IMG/VR virus record: IMGVR_UViG_2675903352_000017
Location: 1 to 6,928 of that record
Source of the DNA: a virus
Taxonomy: Duplodnaviria; Heunggongvirae; Uroviricota; Caudoviricetes
Reading direction: 5' to 3' (one strand)
DNA length: 6,928 bases
Within the stretch, counting starts at the first letter, position 1; every line of letters starts with the position of its first letter. A program made the position numbers and the translations under genes. Below the pieces are notes generated by a model. That model had not been told where the DNA came from, made no database searches, and saw only the letters and a list, made by a program, of their open reading frames with translations. Below, one piece after another: positions 5,929-6,928 of the stretch.

Positions 5929-5972
5929 ATTAGGCAAAGCCTATTGACAATCAATTAGGCATTACCTATAGT
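5929..5972 (+). promoter_or_regulatory. pL-like sigma70 promoter with two overlapping operator sites (OL-like)
   Basis: -35 TTGACA 5944..5949, exact 17-bp spacer, -10 TATAGT 5967..5972. Operators O4 5929..5945 (ATTAGGCaaaGCCTATT) and O5 5954..5970 (ATTAGGCattACCTATA) are 25 bp centre-to-centre and overlap the -35 and -10. Confidence 0.6.
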
Positions 5973-6071
5973 TCCAGCATGCCACCCACCCCGCCCCACA
6001 GCACGCAGGGCAATACTTCGAGTTACCAGGCAGTGGTCAGGGGTTAAGTAGCCAGCCCGAGGCGTAAGAAC

Positions 6072-6302
6072 ATGACGGCAGGGTTCAACTTTAACTATGC
6101 AGCAGGTTTTTGTTCCGCTACCCCGGCGTTAAGGGGAAATGAGGTCAGCATGGATACTATCGATCTTGGCAACAACGAATCTCTGGTGTACGGCGTGTTT
6201 CCCAACCAGGACGGCACGTTCACCGCGATGACGTATACCAAAAGTAAAACGTTTAAAACCGAAGCTGGCGCGCATCGCTGGTTAGCAAGAAACTCTGACT
6301 GA
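6072..6302 (+). CDS. Small hypothetical protein, first ORF of the early-left operon (76 aa, or 50 aa from the internal ATG at 6150)
   Basis: Track ORF. ATG 6072 has GAGG 9-10 nt upstream; the internal ATG at 6150 has GAGG 6141..6144 with a 5-nt spacer (MDTIDLGNNESLVYGVFPNQDGTFTAMTYTKSKTFKTEAGAHRWLARNSD). Rac carries small ORFs (ydaG/ydaF) in this position, but I cannot confirm the sequence identity. Confidence 0.5.
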   Translation: MTAGFNFNYAAGFCSATPALRGNEVSMDTIDLGNNESLVYGVFPNQDGTFTAMTYTKSKTFKTEAGAHRWLARNSD

Positions 6303-6313
6303 TGAGGTTGACG

Positions 6314-6928
6314 ATGGAATTTAAAGATTTACCTACTTCAATCCAGGAGATTGCAGCACACACACTTCGTCATCGTCTGAACGAACTTGCATTGGAATCG
6401 GTAACGAAAAAAGACACTGATAATATGGCTCGTAATGTGCGCGATGCGTTTACCGGATTGTATTTCTGTGCGTCTGTAAATAAACACGACTCAGAGAGTG
6501 TGGCAAATAAAATTGCAGAAACGACAGCGCAAAACATCAATACGAAACCAACGGAAGAAGAAATTGATCAGTTTGCTCATGATGCTGGTTTAAAAAACAA
6601 GAAAGAAAAATCGCCATATGCGGGGAACATGTTTGTTTATGACAATCTCATCAGAATTCGTGGCGAAATTCCGGCGGAATACCTGGCAAGAGTCCATCAG
6701 GCATTGCTTAAAAATCTGGAAACAGAATTATTTGATGGCAACACTAACGGTTTCTTCATGGTATCAGGCCTTGAGAAAGACTGGGATGCAGAAAAACGCT
6801 GGAATGTTGCTACATGGTTATTCAGTAACAGAGCCGCTGCTCTGGAAGCTTCGGCATGTATTTGCGGCCTGTTCTTAACAGACCACAAATATAATCTGGA
6901 TGTGTACAGTTATATTTACGCTGGTTAA
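6314..6928 (+). CDS. Hypothetical protein, 204 aa from the ATG at 6314 (208 aa from the ATG at 6302, which overlaps the upstream stop as TGATG)
   Basis: Complete ORF ending with TAA at the window edge. GAGG 6304..6307 lies 6 nt before the ATG at 6314. Product MEFKDLPTSIQEIAAHTLRHRLNELALESV... is hydrophilic, with no transmembrane segment and no motif I recognise. It sits in the early-left operon driven by the pL-like promoter. Confidence 0.7.
   Translation: MEFKDLPTSIQEIAAHTLRHRLNELALESVTKKDTDNMARNVRDAFTGLYFCASVNKHDSESVANKIAETTAQNINTKPTEEEIDQFAHDAGLKNKKEKSPYAGNMFVYDNLIRIRGEIPAEYLARVHQALLKNLETELFDGNTNGFFMVSGLEKDWDAEKRWNVATWLFSNRAAALEASACICGLFLTDHKYNLDVYSYIYAG

Noticed and set aside
6618-6888. 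ORFs 6618..6878 (+) and 6697..6888 (-) nested in the 208-aa gene
   Set aside because: Contained entirely within the longer + strand ORF, which has a proper SD and operon context; they are alternative-frame or antisense artefacts.
1-6928. Scan for CRISPR arrays, tRNA/rRNA genes, IS elements or an integrase/att site
   Set aside because: No regularly spaced direct repeats with unique spacers, no tRNA-like cloverleaf candidates, and no transposase or integrase-like ORF. The only repeat families are the operator palindromes and the ori iterons.

Overview
The window reads as the immunity and early-replication region of a Rac-like lambdoid prophage from an enterobacterium. On the + strand sits a RacR-type repressor (5357..5833), flanked on both sides by 17-bp palindromic operators (ATTAGGC-N3-GCCTAAT) that overlap near-consensus sigma70 promoters, an OR/OL-like layout. 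Leftward from the repressor (- strand) run a Cro-like YdaS gene, a YdaT-like gene, a replication initiator with iterons inside its own coding sequence (putative ori, ~3995..4155), a clear DnaC-family helicase loader, then two hypothetical genes. Further left is a tightly coupled accessory operon of unknown function (135-aa and 115-aa genes with an ATGA overlap, then a 27-aa transmembrane peptide whose SD lies in the preceding gene's last codons), a + strand intrinsic terminator, and a second possible small hydrophobic peptide. Rightward from the repressor, the OL-like promoter drives a small ORF and a 204-208-aa protein I cannot assign to any family. No tRNA, rRNA, CRISPR array, or IS/transposase was seen. 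Family assignments come from reading the translated ORFs against remembered sequences, not from a database search. The most plausible places for an undescribed system are the 544..1383 operon and the 6302..6928 gene, but I cannot assign function to either from sequence alone.
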